Origin: an uncultured Bacilli bacterium
Lineage (GTDB): Bacteria; Bacillota_I; Bacilli_A; RF39; UBA660
Direction of reading: 5' to 3'
Assembly (NCBI GenBank): GCA_934098735.1
Contig: CAKOOS010000001.1
Coordinates: 157,541-221,540 of the forward strand
DNA: 64,000 nt
The position numbers and the translations under genes are program-made. Positions 32,493-42,995 of the stretch are shown here, piece by piece (position 1 is the stretch's first letter; each line of letters opens with the position of its first letter). The notes below the pieces were generated by a model that did not search any database, was not told where the DNA came from, and saw nothing but the letters and a program-made list of their open reading frames with translations.

Positions 32493-33201
32493 ATTTGAAA
32501 ATATATCAGATAAATGTACTTTTTTTCACTTTACTGAAAGATGTAATTTAGAATCAATTTCTAAAAATGGTTTAATTTCTCAGATTGGTAAGCATTCTGT
32601 ATCAATTGAAGAAAATCCTAAAATCTTTTTTGCAGAAGGCTGTGCAAACGTTTTAAAATTAAACGATGTATGGTTAAAATGGCTAATGAATAGAATGTTT
32701 GGCTTTTATAGTCTTAGTAGATCTTTAGAAGGCAATTCTTTAAAATTTAATCTTTTAAAATGGCAAAACGAATATCTTTCTAAAGCTTATAAAACCGATG
32801 AAAAAAAGAAAAAGATTCTTTTTGAAAAAATGTATAAACAAATGGATAAAAAAGTATTCTTGGTTTTAAATTTAACTGTTAATGAAGATTATGATTTAAA
32901 TGATACGGATGAAGTTAAGGCGAGATTTTTTCCAAATAAGAATTCTTTAGATTATCTGTTTTTTAAGGAAATGTATGGAAACTATAGTGATATGGATACA
33001 ATAGTTATGGAAAGATGGAATATGCATACCTTAAAAAATATAAATATAAAACCGCAAAATATTACTATATTGGAGGTTAATGGTAGTGATAATGCATTAG
33101 ATATTTTGATTTTCTTTTATGATAAGTTTAAAGATCAAAAATATGATTTATTAGATGATTTTATAAAATATGCCAAAGAATATAAGATAAATAGCAATTA
33201 G
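32473..33201 (+). CDS. hypothetical protein inserted between aspS and hisS
   Basis: No recognisable motif. Overlaps the aspS 3-prime end by 20 nt. Confidence 0.45.
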   Translation: MMLKKTKFENISDKCTFFHFTERCNLESISKNGLISQIGKHSVSIEENPKIFFAEGCANVLKLNDVWLKWLMNRMFGFYSLSRSLEGNSLKFNLLKWQNEYLSKAYKTDEKKKKILFEKMYKQMDKKVFLVLNLTVNEDYDLNDTDEVKARFFPNKNSLDYLFFKEMYGNYSDMDTIVMERWNMHTLKNINIKPQNITILEVNGSDNALDILIFFYDKFKDQKYDLLDDFIKYAKEYKINSN

Positions 33202-33260
33202 CTATTTTCTTTTTATAATATTTTATGATAAAATAGATAAGAAAAAAGGAAAGTGATTTT

Positions 33261-34511
33261 ATGATAACAAAACCAAAAGGAACGTATGATTTACTTGGTG
33301 ATGATGCTAAAATTTATACTTATTTAAGTAATTTTGCTAGTGAATTTTTTAGTTTTTATAATTATGATTTTATAAGAACTCCGATTTTTGAAGCAACTGA
33401 TTTATATCATAGAAGTGTTGGCGAACAAACTGACATAGTAAGTAAAGAAACTTATGATTTTAAAGATCGCGGTGATAGATCTATTACTTTAAGACCAGAA
33501 GGTACGGCAGGAGTTGTAAGAAGCTTTATTGAAAATAAACTTTATGGTAATAGAAATGATGCAATTAAGCTTTATTATAATGGCACAATGTATAGATATG
33601 AACGCCCTCAATCAGGAAGAAATAGAGAATTTACTCAAATTGGTGCTGAAGTATTTAATTCTAATGAAGTTATACTTGATGCTGAAGTAATCAGTATGGG
33701 ATATTATTACTTAAAAAATGTGGGCATTGACGATGTTACTGTAGTTATTAATAGCTTGGGTGATAAAGAAAGCCGATTAAACTATACTAAAGCTTTAGTA
33801 GATTATTTAAAACCTAATATTAATTTACTTTGTGAAGATTGTCAAAGAAGACTAAATACAAATCCACTTAGAATACTTGATTGTAAAGTTGATGCCGATT
33901 CAGATATTTTAAAAAATGCTCCTAAAATAGGTGATTATCTAAGTGAAAGTAGTACTAAGAGATTTAACAGCGTAAAACAAATGCTAACTATTTTAGATGT
34001 TGATTTTGAAATAGATAATAATGTTGTTAGAGGACTTGATTATTATGATGAAAATGTTTGGGAATATAAAACAAGTGAAGGAATTACTTTAGGTGGTGGA
34101 GGTAGATACAACGGATTAGTTAGTAGTTTAAATGGACCTGATACGCCAGCTATAGGATTTGCGCTTGGGGTTGAAAGAATTATTTTAGAACTAAAGAAAA
34201 GCTTAAAAGAAAATATTCTTAATAAGGTAATAGATGCTTATATTTTATGTGTTTCAGAAGAAGAAAAATTACAAGCTTTGAAATTAGCACAAGAATTACG
34301 TCTTAATAATATAATTGTTGATATTAATTCAAATAATTTAAGTTTGAAATCACAATTTAAAATAGCGGATAATCTTAAAGCAAAATTTTTAATTATATTA
34401 AATGAAGAAGATTTGAAAAAAGGATTAATTAATATAAAAGACAATGCAACTAAAGAAGAATTTAAAATAGATGAATATGAAATAGTTGATTGGCTTTTAG
34501 GAAATATATAA
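33261..34511 (+). CDS. hisS: histidine--tRNA ligase
   Basis: Class IIa motifs and HisRS-specific GGGGRYNGL. C-terminal anticodon-binding domain. Confidence 0.9.
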   Translation: MITKPKGTYDLLGDDAKIYTYLSNFASEFFSFYNYDFIRTPIFEATDLYHRSVGEQTDIVSKETYDFKDRGDRSITLRPEGTAGVVRSFIENKLYGNRNDAIKLYYNGTMYRYERPQSGRNREFTQIGAEVFNSNEVILDAEVISMGYYYLKNVGIDDVTVVINSLGDKESRLNYTKALVDYLKPNINLLCEDCQRRLNTNPLRILDCKVDADSDILKNAPKIGDYLSESSTKRFNSVKQMLTILDVDFEIDNNVVRGLDYYDENVWEYKTSEGITLGGGGRYNGLVSSLNGPDTPAIGFALGVERIILELKKSLKENILNKVIDAYILCVSEEEKLQALKLAQELRLNNIIVDINSNNLSLKSQFKIADNLKAKFLIILNEEDLKKGLINIKDNATKEEFKIDEYEIVDWLLGNI

Positions 34512-34524
34512 AGGGAAGGTAATT

Positions 34525-35889
34525 ATGACAATAGAAGAAGTATTAAAAAATGCAGATAAATATGTAAATAAGGAAATAAAGATAAATGGTTGGATTAGAA
34601 ATCATAGATCTCAAAAAGAATTTGGGTTTATAGATTTTAGTGATGGAACATGTTTTAAACACATTCAAGTTGTTTATGATAATTTATTAGATAATTTTTC
34701 TGAAGTTTCTAAATATTTAGTAGGTACTACACTTGAAGTTACTGGATTGTTAGTACCATCAAATGGAAATCAAGATTACGAATTAAAAGCAAGCAAAATT
34801 ATATTGCTTGGAAATTGTCCTGAAGATTACCCAATACAACCAAAAAGACATACAAGAGAATTTTTAAGAGAACAGGCTTATTTAAGACCTAGAACTAATG
34901 TTTTTCAAGCAGTTTTTAAAATTCGTTCGTTAGCAGCACAAGCTATACATCGTTATTTTGGCGATAATGGTTATGTATATGTAAATACTCCAATACTTAC
35001 TGCAAGTGATTGTGAAGGAGCTGGAGAAATGTTTCAGGTTACAACTCTTGATTTAGATAATATGAAGGGAAAAGCTGATTATAGTAAAGATTTTTTTGGA
35101 AAGAAAACTGGACTTACTGTATCTGGACAATTAGAAGCTGAAACTTTTGCAATGGCTTTTTCTAAAGTATATACTTTTGGGCCAACTTTTAGAGCAGAAA
35201 ATTCTAATACAAAGACTCATATGTCTGAATTTTGGATGATTGAGCCAGAAATTGCATTTTGTGATTTAGAAGGTTTAATGGATATTGAAGAGAATATGCT
35301 AAAATATATAATAAAATATTGCTTAGAAAAGGGTAAAGATGAACTAGAGTTTTTAGATAAATTTGTTGAGGCTGGATTATTAGAGAAATTACAAAAATTA
35401 GTTAGTAGTAAATTTACTAGAATTAGTCATGAAGAAGTTATTAAAATATTAAAAGAAGCTCCAGTTGATTTTGAATTTACGCCCGAATATGGTGAAGATA
35501 TTGCTAAAGAACATGAAAAATATATAACAGAATATTTTAATGGTCCTGTATTTATAACAAACTGGCCAAAAGATATCAAAGCATTTTATATGAAACAAAA
35601 TGATGATGGTAAAACAGTAGCTGCTGTTGATCTTGAAATACCTGGAGTTGGTGAACTAATGGGTGGATCTCAAAGAGAAGAATCATACGAAAAATTGGTA
35701 GCTAGAATGAAAGAACTTGATATGGATGAATCAGAATTATACTGGTATGTTAATTTAAGAAAATATGGTTCTTGCATTCATTCTGGATTTGGTTTGGGAT
35801 TTGAAAGATTGATTATGTATATAACAGGAATGGAAAATATAAGGGATGTTATTCCTTACTATAGAACACCTGGTAACTGTGAATTTTAA
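34525..35889 (+). CDS. asnS: asparagine--tRNA ligase
   Basis: N-terminal OB fold. Class IIb FRAENSNTKTHMSEFWMIEPE and GSCIHSGFGLGFERL. Confidence 0.9.
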   Translation: MTIEEVLKNADKYVNKEIKINGWIRNHRSQKEFGFIDFSDGTCFKHIQVVYDNLLDNFSEVSKYLVGTTLEVTGLLVPSNGNQDYELKASKIILLGNCPEDYPIQPKRHTREFLREQAYLRPRTNVFQAVFKIRSLAAQAIHRYFGDNGYVYVNTPILTASDCEGAGEMFQVTTLDLDNMKGKADYSKDFFGKKTGLTVSGQLEAETFAMAFSKVYTFGPTFRAENSNTKTHMSEFWMIEPEIAFCDLEGLMDIEENMLKYIIKYCLEKGKDELEFLDKFVEAGLLEKLQKLVSSKFTRISHEEVIKILKEAPVDFEFTPEYGEDIAKEHEKYITEYFNGPVFITNWPKDIKAFYMKQNDDGKTVAAVDLEIPGVGELMGGSQREESYEKLVARMKELDMDESELYWYVNLRKYGSCIHSGFGLGFERLIMYITGMENIRDVIPYYRTPGNCEF

Positions 35890-35898
35890 GGAGATAAT

Positions 35899-36444
35899 AT
35901 GGGTAGAATAATAGCGATTGTTGGCATGTGTGGTAGTGGAAAGTCTATTGCAAGTGAAAAATTAGAAAAACTAGGATTTAAAAAAGTTTATTTTGGTGGA
36001 GTTACTTTTGATAAACTCAAAGAAGCTGGAATCGAAGCTAATCCTCAAAGCGAAAAAATGATGAGAGAAAAACTTAGAAGTGAATTAGGAATGGGAGCCT
36101 ATGCAATAATACTTACTCCAAAAATTAAAGAGCTTGCTTTAAATAATGATGTTGTTTTAGATGGCCTTTATTCTTGGGATGAACTTAAGCTTCTAAAAGA
36201 TGCTTTTCCTAATCTTGTCGTTATTTCTATTGTAGCTGATAAAAAATTAAGATATTCAAGATTAGGTTTAAGAAGTGTTAGACCATTTACGAAAGAAGAA
36301 GCTGTTGCTAGAGATATTGCAGAAATAGAAAATGTTGCTAAAGCTGGACCTATTGCCTTTGCAGATTACTTTATTTTTAATAATTCTACCGTGGAAGACT
36401 TTTATGATAGATTGGATGAAATATTAAAAGCAATTGAAGCCTAG
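35899..36444 (+). CDS. P-loop NTPase, dephospho-CoA-kinase-like/UPF0200-like small kinase
   Basis: N-terminal Walker A IVGMCGSGKS and a nucleoside-monophosphate-kinase-like layout. Confidence 0.5.
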   Translation: MGRIIAIVGMCGSGKSIASEKLEKLGFKKVYFGGVTFDKLKEAGIEANPQSEKMMREKLRSELGMGAYAIILTPKIKELALNNDVVLDGLYSWDELKLLKDAFPNLVVISIVADKKLRYSRLGLRSVRPFTKEEAVARDIAEIENVAKAGPIAFADYFIFNNSTVEDFYDRLDEILKAIEA

Positions 36445-36506
36445 AATACTAGGTTTTTTTACTTAAATTTGCAATATGAATTAAAATAAAAAAGGAGATT
36501 TTGATT

Positions 36507-36803
36507 ATGAATAAATTTACAAAAGAAATGGTTGATGACTATGCTGACAAGTTACTTATTGGGTTAACTAAAGAAGAAAATGAACTTGTTTTAAAAGAAT
36601 TTGATGTAATAGAAAAAAATATGGAAATAATTGCTAATTATCCTGACATAGATAAAGTAGAACCAATGGTTCATGCTTTAGATGATTTTGATTATGAATT
36701 AAGAGAAGATGAAGCTCTTGAAAGCGTTGAAATTGATGAGTTACTAAAAAATTGTGATCGATATGATGGCAGAGAAATTGAAGTTCCAAAGGTGGTAGGA
36801 TAA
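36507..36803 (+). CDS. gatC: Asp/Glu-tRNA amidotransferase subunit C
   Basis: Size and conserved GatC pattern. Directly precedes gatA. AAGGAG RBS. Confidence 0.8.
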   Translation: MNKFTKEMVDDYADKLLIGLTKEENELVLKEFDVIEKNMEIIANYPDIDKVEPMVHALDDFDYELREDEALESVEIDELLKNCDRYDGREIEVPKVVG

Positions 36804-38260
36804 TGACAGAATTAAATATTGTTAAATTACATGAAATGTTAAAAAATGGAGAAATTACTAGTAATGAATTAATAAAAGAATCTTTAGAAAAATCTCATGA
36901 AATACAAAAAAAATGCAATGCTTTTGTAACAATAATAGATAATGCTAAAGAAAAAGAAATAACTGATGATTTGCTTTCTGGTATACCTTATGGAATTAAA
37001 GACAATTATTCTACGAAAGATATTTTATCTACTGGATCATCAAATACTTTAAAAGATTATGTACCTTTTTTTGATGCTACTGCTGTTAGGAATTTAAAAA
37101 ATCATGGAGCTGTAGCTGTAAATAAAACAGCTTTAGATGAATTTGGAATGGGAGGAACTGGAACTACTGCTCATACTGGCGTAATAAAAAATCCTTGGGA
37201 TACTGCAAGGATGTGTGCTGGATCATCTTCTGGTTCTGCTGCTGCTGTTGCAAGTGGTGTTTATCCCTTTGCTCTTGGAAGTGATACTGGTGATTCAATT
37301 CGTAAACCGGCAGCCTTTTGCGGAATTGTTGGCTATAAACCTACGTATGGTATGATTTCAAGATATGGCCTTTTTCCTTTTGCGTCAAGTTTGGATCATT
37401 GTGGTGTGCTAACTAGATGTGTCGAAGATGCTGCGATTGTAGTAGATGCTATGAAAGGAATTGATGAAAACGATCAAACTAGCTGGGATTCTAGTGATAT
37501 TAATCTTTATAAAAGCTTAGATAAAAATGTTAAGGGTAAAAAAGTTTTTTACATTAAAGAAATAACTGATATTAATAATTATCCGAATGCTTCTGATGAG
37601 TTAAAAAAACATTTAAATATTTTTTATGAAACTTTGGAAAAATTAAAAAGTATAGGAGTTACAGTAGAGGAAGTATCAATTGATAAAAATTTATTAAAAA
37701 CAATACCAAGTGTTTATGTTTGTTTGTCTTGTGCAGAAGCTACTAGTAATATGTCGAACTTAACTGGAATTATTTTTGGCCCACGTGGTGAAGGTGATAA
37801 TGTTATGGAAATGATGAAAGATCATAGAACTAAAGGTTTTTCACCTCTTATAAAAAGAAGATTTGTTATTGGATCTTATGTACTTCAAAAAGAAAATCAA
37901 GAAAGATACTTTTTAAATGCTGCTAGAGTTAGAAGACTTATTGTAGATAAATTTAAAGAATTATTTAATGAGTATGATGCTTTTATATTACCTGTTTCAA
38001 CTGGGGTTGCTCCGTATTTAGATGGATCTAAAGATCAGTTAGAAATAAGTGATACTGATTTATTAGAAGAACATTTACAAATTGGTAATTTTGGTGGTTT
38101 TCCATCCATAACTTTGCCAAATGGTTTTATTGATAATTTGCCAGTTGGAGTAAATATAACAGGAAATTGTTTTAATGATGTTACAGTTTTAAATTTAGCT
38201 TATGCTTTGGAAAGTGAAATGAAGTATAAAAACATTATTGCTGGAGGTAAATATGAATAA
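36803..38260 (+). CDS. gatA: Asp/Glu-tRNA amidotransferase subunit A (amidase)
   Basis: Amidase signature GSSSGSAAAVASG and the catalytic Ser-cisSer-Lys pattern. Confidence 0.9.
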   Translation: MTELNIVKLHEMLKNGEITSNELIKESLEKSHEIQKKCNAFVTIIDNAKEKEITDDLLSGIPYGIKDNYSTKDILSTGSSNTLKDYVPFFDATAVRNLKNHGAVAVNKTALDEFGMGGTGTTAHTGVIKNPWDTARMCAGSSSGSAAAVASGVYPFALGSDTGDSIRKPAAFCGIVGYKPTYGMISRYGLFPFASSLDHCGVLTRCVEDAAIVVDAMKGIDENDQTSWDSSDINLYKSLDKNVKGKKVFYIKEITDINNYPNASDELKKHLNIFYETLEKLKSIGVTVEEVSIDKNLLKTIPSVYVCLSCAEATSNMSNLTGIIFGPRGEGDNVMEMMKDHRTKGFSPLIKRRFVIGSYVLQKENQERYFLNAARVRRLIVDKFKELFNEYDAFILPVSTGVAPYLDGSKDQLEISDTDLLEEHLQIGNFGGFPSITLPNGFIDNLPVGVNITGNCFNDVTVLNLAYALESEMKYKNIIAGGKYE

Positions 38261-39683
38261 ATATAAAGCAGTTATTGGCTTAGAGATGCATTGTGAAATT
38301 AAAAGTAATTCTAAAGTTTTCTCAAGTGCAAGAAATTCTTATAATGAACTTGCTAATGACAATGTTAGACCCCTTGATATGGCATTTCCTGGTACTTTAC
38401 CTGTTATTAATAAAGAATGTGTTAGAAAAGCTTTGATGATGTCACTTGTACTTGATTGCACGCAACCTGAATATATGTATTTTGATCGAAAAAATTATTA
38501 TTATCCAGATTTACCAAAGGGATATCAAATTACTCAAATGCATGATCCGGTTGGTGTAAATGGAAAAATTATGATTGAATGTGATGGATATTCTAAAGAA
38601 GTTTTAATTCATGATATTCATTTAGAAGAAGATTCTGCATCTTTAGATCATTATTCAGATGTGTCTTTAATTGATTATAATAGAGCTGGTGTTCCTTTAC
38701 TTGAACTTGTTACAGAACCTTGTTTAAATTCAGCAGCTGAAGCTGTAGCATTTCTAGAAAATATACGAAGAATTTACCAATATTGTGATATTTCTGAAGC
38801 TGATACGAAAAAAGGCCAAATACGTTGTGATGTAAATGTTTCTATAATGGATTATGATAGTGATATTTTGGGAACTAAAGTAGAAATTAAAAATGTTAAT
38901 TCATTTGCTAATGTTTCCGAAGCAATAGAGTATGAAATTAAAAGACAAAGTGAATTAAAAGCTGCTGGTCGTTATGATGAAGTTGTTCAAGAAACACGTC
39001 GTTTTGATGAAGAAACTGGAACAACAATTCACATGAGAAACAAAGTTGATGCAATAGATTATAAATATTTTGTAGAACCAAATATTCCTAAATATAAAAT
39101 TAATAAAGAATGGTTAGAAGAAATAAGAAAAACTATACCAATGCTTCCTAGAGAAAGAAAATATAAATATATTAATGAATATAATTTAAGCGAATATGAT
39201 ACAAATATAATAATTAAAGAAAAGGATTATGCTGATTATTTTGAAGAATGCCTAAAACTAGGTATTGATAAAAAACTAGCTGCAAACTGGCTTACAGTAC
39301 AAATTATCGCTTATTTAAATAAAAATGATATAACTTTAGAAGAATTTTTTCTAAAACCAAACTTGTTAAAACAAATTTTAGAGCCTTTAGAAAAAAATAT
39401 TATTTCTAGTAAACAAGCTAAAGACATTTTCTTAAAGGCACTTGAAGAAGAAAAAGAACCTAGAACGTATATAAATGAAGATAATTTACAAATGTCTGAT
39501 AAAGAAAAGCTAAATGATATAATTGATAATATAATAAATAGAAATGAAAAACAAGTTGAAGAATATAGAAATGGAAAAAGTAATTTATTTGACTTTTTTG
39601 TAGGCCAAGTAATGAAAGAAACAAAAGGCAAAGCTAATCCAGTTTTAACAAAAGAAATATTAAGAAACAAGCTTGATAATTAA
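38253..39683 (+). CDS. gatB: Asp/Glu-tRNA amidotransferase subunit B
   Basis: N-terminal YKAVIGLEMHCEIKSNSKVFS. GGAGGT RBS. The start overlaps the gatA stop. Confidence 0.9.
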   Translation: MNKYKAVIGLEMHCEIKSNSKVFSSARNSYNELANDNVRPLDMAFPGTLPVINKECVRKALMMSLVLDCTQPEYMYFDRKNYYYPDLPKGYQITQMHDPVGVNGKIMIECDGYSKEVLIHDIHLEEDSASLDHYSDVSLIDYNRAGVPLLELVTEPCLNSAAEAVAFLENIRRIYQYCDISEADTKKGQIRCDVNVSIMDYDSDILGTKVEIKNVNSFANVSEAIEYEIKRQSELKAAGRYDEVVQETRRFDEETGTTIHMRNKVDAIDYKYFVEPNIPKYKINKEWLEEIRKTIPMLPRERKYKYINEYNLSEYDTNIIIKEKDYADYFEECLKLGIDKKLAANWLTVQIIAYLNKNDITLEEFFLKPNLLKQILEPLEKNIISSKQAKDIFLKALEEEKEPRTYINEDNLQMSDKEKLNDIIDNIINRNEKQVEEYRNGKSNLFDFFVGQVMKETKGKANPVLTKEILRNKLDN

Positions 39684-39718
39684 GCTTGTTTTTTGTATAC
39701 TTATGATAGGTGATTTTG

Positions 39719-40171
39719 ATGAAAAAAAACATATTTTTAGCATTTGCTGTTATAGTCGTAGTTGTTGCTGCTGGCCTTTTAGGTCTTGCTGTGGGTGGCT
39801 TTTTTAATGAGCCAAAAGTAGTTGCTAATGGTATTATTATTTCTAAAAAGCCTTCGACAGATGATAAAAAACTTATATCTTCTTATGAAGAATATGATGA
39901 ACTTTTAAAAAAATATGGAGCAAATGATGTGGTTCTTTTAACTAATAACGATTTTTCAAATATGGATTATATAGTAGACTTTATAAATTATGAAAAAAAT
40001 TTGAATATTAAAAATATTTCTTTAGATATAACTGATGATGGTGTTAATATAACTTATGAAGTTAATAAAAAGCCGGGATCTAATAAAAAATATTTAATGT
40101 ATTTTATTCCGGTTGAAAAAGGGATGCTTAGTGAAGTAAAAGTTAATTCTCAAAAATTTGATGTAAAATAA
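39719..40171 (+). CDS. hypothetical TM-anchored protein with a ~120-aa extracytoplasmic domain
   Basis: AGGTGA RBS. Single N-terminal TM. 16-nt gap to the HerA-like gene. Confidence 0.4.
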   Translation: MKKNIFLAFAVIVVVVAAGLLGLAVGGFFNEPKVVANGIIISKKPSTDDKKLISSYEEYDELLKKYGANDVVLLTNNDFSNMDYIVDFINYEKNLNIKNISLDITDDGVNITYEVNKKPGSNKKYLMYFIPVEKGMLSEVKVNSQKFDVK

Positions 40172-40226
40172 CTTTTACTTTTTTTTTATGTTTGATATAA
40201 TTAATATGATAATAAGGAGTGGTAAC

Positions 40227-42098
40227 ATGTTTGGAAAGATAGTTTATATAGGAGAAAGTGAAGCTCATGTTGAAAATTTACAAAAAGATATGAGTAGTGC
40301 AGACTTAATGAATATGAATGTTATATTTGAAGAACAGAATCAAAGAATACTAGGTGAAGTACAGGAACTTGGAAACGATATAATAAAAATAAGATTTTTA
40401 GGGGAATATATTAATGGAAAGTATGTAAATGGGGTTTTAAGAAAGCCACTTCTTACTTCTAAAATAAGAATGATAAATTCTGAAGAACTTACAGAATTAG
40501 TTGGAGTATATGATGCGTCTAGTTTTGTTTTAGGAGAAAGTGCGATTTATAAAGGCTTTATGATTAATCCAAATATTAATAGTTTATTTTCTAACCATTT
40601 AGCTATATTTGGTAACTCTGGATCTGGTAAGTCATGTGGAGTAGCAAGAATAGTTCAAAATATCTTTTCTAGTAAATTTCAAGTTCAATATAATGCTAAT
40701 ATTTTTATTTTTGATTCTTTTGGAGAATACAAAAATGCTTTTGGCAAATTAAATGAAATAAATAATAATTATTCTTATAAGTTTATAACAACTAATCCAA
40801 CTGATCCATCCGATAAGCTATTACAAATTCCAGTTGGACTTCTTACCTTAGATGATTTTGCTTTATTATTACAAGCTGCAAATCATGCACAACTTCCTAT
40901 TATAGAAAATACAATTAAATTAGCTAAAATATTTTCAACAAATAGTGAAGAAGCTAATAATTACAAAAATCATTTAATAGCTAAAGCTTTACTTGCTGTT
41001 TTATTTAGTAATGAAACTGTATCAAGTAAAAAAAATGAAATATTTACAATTATAGAAGTTTGTAATACTCCAGAATTTAATTTTGATTCGGTTATACCTG
41101 GTTTAGGTTATACAAGAACCTTTAGTGAATGCTTTGAAATCGATTCAAATGGTAACTTTGGAGAATCTGTTTTAATAACAAATTACATTTTAAGTAAAAT
41201 AAATGATAATTTAGATAGCATTAAGGCTCCGGAAGAAGCAAGTTATTCTTTAGTAGATTTTGCTCGAGCAATGGAGTTTACCCTTATTAGTGAAGGCTTT
41301 CAACATAATCAAAATTTGCATGATGATGCTGTTATATTAAGAGTCAGACTTAATTCAATTATAAATAGTAAAATTGGTAATTATTTTACTAAAGAGTATG
41401 TTCCTATTTCTAAATATATTGCTTCACTTTTAGATAATAATGGTAAAAAAGCACAGATTATTAATATTAATTTGGAAGATGTTGATGATATTTTTGCTAA
41501 AGTATTTGTTAAAATATATTCTAGACTAATATTTGATTTTTCTAAATCTAGTGTCAAAAGAGCTCAAGTACCTTTTCATCTTTTTCTTGAAGAAGCTCAC
41601 CGTTATATTCAAAAAGACAATGATACATTCTTGCTTGGTTACAACATATTTGATCGAATTGCTAAAGAAGGACGTAAATATGGCGTTATTTTAGATATAA
41701 TTAGTCAAAGACCTGTAGAAATAAGCGATACTGTTATTGCTCAGTGCAATAATTTCTTGATTTTTAAAATGACACACCCACTTGATATTAAATATATCGG
41801 GGAAATGCTTCCAAATATTTCTCAAGATATTCTTGATAAACAAAAAGTATTACAACCTGGTACTTGTGTATGTTTTGGTGGGGCTTTCAAAATACCTATG
41901 ATTGTTAAAATGCAAATGCCTAATCCAATGCCTTATTCAAGCAACTGTGATGTTTCATCTTGCTGGAAAATGGGAGAACCTAGTGTAAGCAATAATCCAG
42001 TAGATACATTTGCAAATGCTACTATAAATACTAGCACAGAAGCTCCAAATCTATTTGCAGAAGATTTTAAAATAAGTGATGTAGAACATATGATATAA
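40227..42098 (+). CDS. HerA/FtsK-superfamily (DUF87-like) ATPase with HAS-barrel-like N-terminal domain
   Basis: AAGGAGTGG RBS before ATG 40227. Walker A GNSGSGKS. Walker B hhhhEEAH (FHLFLEEAHRY). Arg-finger-like ISQRP. A beta-rich region of ~100 aa precedes the P-loop. Confidence 0.6.
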   Translation: MFGKIVYIGESEAHVENLQKDMSSADLMNMNVIFEEQNQRILGEVQELGNDIIKIRFLGEYINGKYVNGVLRKPLLTSKIRMINSEELTELVGVYDASSFVLGESAIYKGFMINPNINSLFSNHLAIFGNSGSGKSCGVARIVQNIFSSKFQVQYNANIFIFDSFGEYKNAFGKLNEINNNYSYKFITTNPTDPSDKLLQIPVGLLTLDDFALLLQAANHAQLPIIENTIKLAKIFSTNSEEANNYKNHLIAKALLAVLFSNETVSSKKNEIFTIIEVCNTPEFNFDSVIPGLGYTRTFSECFEIDSNGNFGESVLITNYILSKINDNLDSIKAPEEASYSLVDFARAMEFTLISEGFQHNQNLHDDAVILRVRLNSIINSKIGNYFTKEYVPISKYIASLLDNNGKKAQIININLEDVDDIFAKVFVKIYSRLIFDFSKSSVKRAQVPFHLFLEEAHRYIQKDNDTFLLGYNIFDRIAKEGRKYGVILDIISQRPVEISDTVIAQCNNFLIFKMTHPLDIKYIGEMLPNISQDILDKQKVLQPGTCVCFGGAFKIPMIVKMQMPNPMPYSSNCDVSSCWKMGEPSVSNNPVDTFANATINTSTEAPNLFAEDFKISDVEHMI

Positions 42099-42194
42099 TT
42101 TACTTTAAGTAAATTCAGAGTCTAAAATTTGATTTCTAGAGTATATTATGATATAATAGTATCCATATTAATTAAGGAGAGATTATATTAATAT

Positions 42195-42995
42195 ATGATA
42201 AAATTTTTTAAAACCAATAAAATAATTACTATATTATTTATTGGCGGTATAATTGGAGTAATTTTGTTGGTTATTCCAAAGAATAAAAAGGAAAGAAACT
42301 TTCAAAGAATAAATATAGAGAGTGTTGTTAAAGTTGATGCTCAAAAAGAATTAAGTGATGAAGAAAAACTAACTATTTTATTAGAGAATAATAAGAATAA
42401 TATAGATTTTTATAGTAATACTTTTCAAATTAGTAGTGAAATACTTACTAATAAAATTAAGGAAAATTATTTAAATTTGAATTTGCTAGATAGTGAAAAT
42501 AATTTTGATCGAATTTTACTAGACTATTTACTCATTCTTGAAAGTGATGAAAAAGAATTATTTGATAGAACTAAAATGCCTTGTAATTATAGTAAAGAGT
42601 ATATAGTTGCTTTAATTAATTATTTTAGTAATTTATATGACAATGTTGATTATAGTATAGCTGCTGGTATTGCTCAGGTAGAATCTGGCTTTACTGCACA
42701 ATATATGCTTTATAATAATAATGTATTTGGAGGTATGGCTGGTGGTCGTTTAATCAGCTATCGAAATATTGAATATGGTATATTAAATTATATTAAACTT
42801 CTTAGTGAAGGATATTTTAGTAAAGGTTTAAATACGATTGAAAGTATTGGTAGCGTTTATAATCCAACATATAATGAATATGGAGTTAAAGTAGCTAAAC
42901 CAAGTTGGGTAAATAATGTTACTAAAGCATCTTTAGAATATTTAAACAGAGAATATGTTGACATTAATGTATTAAATTCTCTAAAAAGTTATTAG
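42195..42995 (+). CDS. TM-anchored peptidoglycan hydrolase, glucosaminidase (FlgJ-C/LYZ2-like) domain
   Basis: N-terminal TM helix. IAAGIAQVESGFTAQYMLYNNNVFGG resembles the conserved ExSG motif of the mannosyl-glycoprotein endo-beta-N-acetylglucosaminidase domain. Confidence 0.5.
   Translation: MIKFFKTNKIITILFIGGIIGVILLVIPKNKKERNFQRINIESVVKVDAQKELSDEEKLTILLENNKNNIDFYSNTFQISSEILTNKIKENYLNLNLLDSENNFDRILLDYLLILESDEKELFDRTKMPCNYSKEYIVALINYFSNLYDNVDYSIAAGIAQVESGFTAQYMLYNNNVFGGMAGGRLISYRNIEYGILNYIKLLSEGYFSKGLNTIESIGSVYNPTYNEYGVKVAKPSWVNNVTKASLEYLNREYVDINVLNSLKSY

Noticed and set aside
33202-33260. Second T-box upstream of hisS
   Set aside because: The spacer is only 59 bp and lacks the GGTGGTACCGCG-like T-box sequence. 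It holds only promoter and RBS-like sequence.
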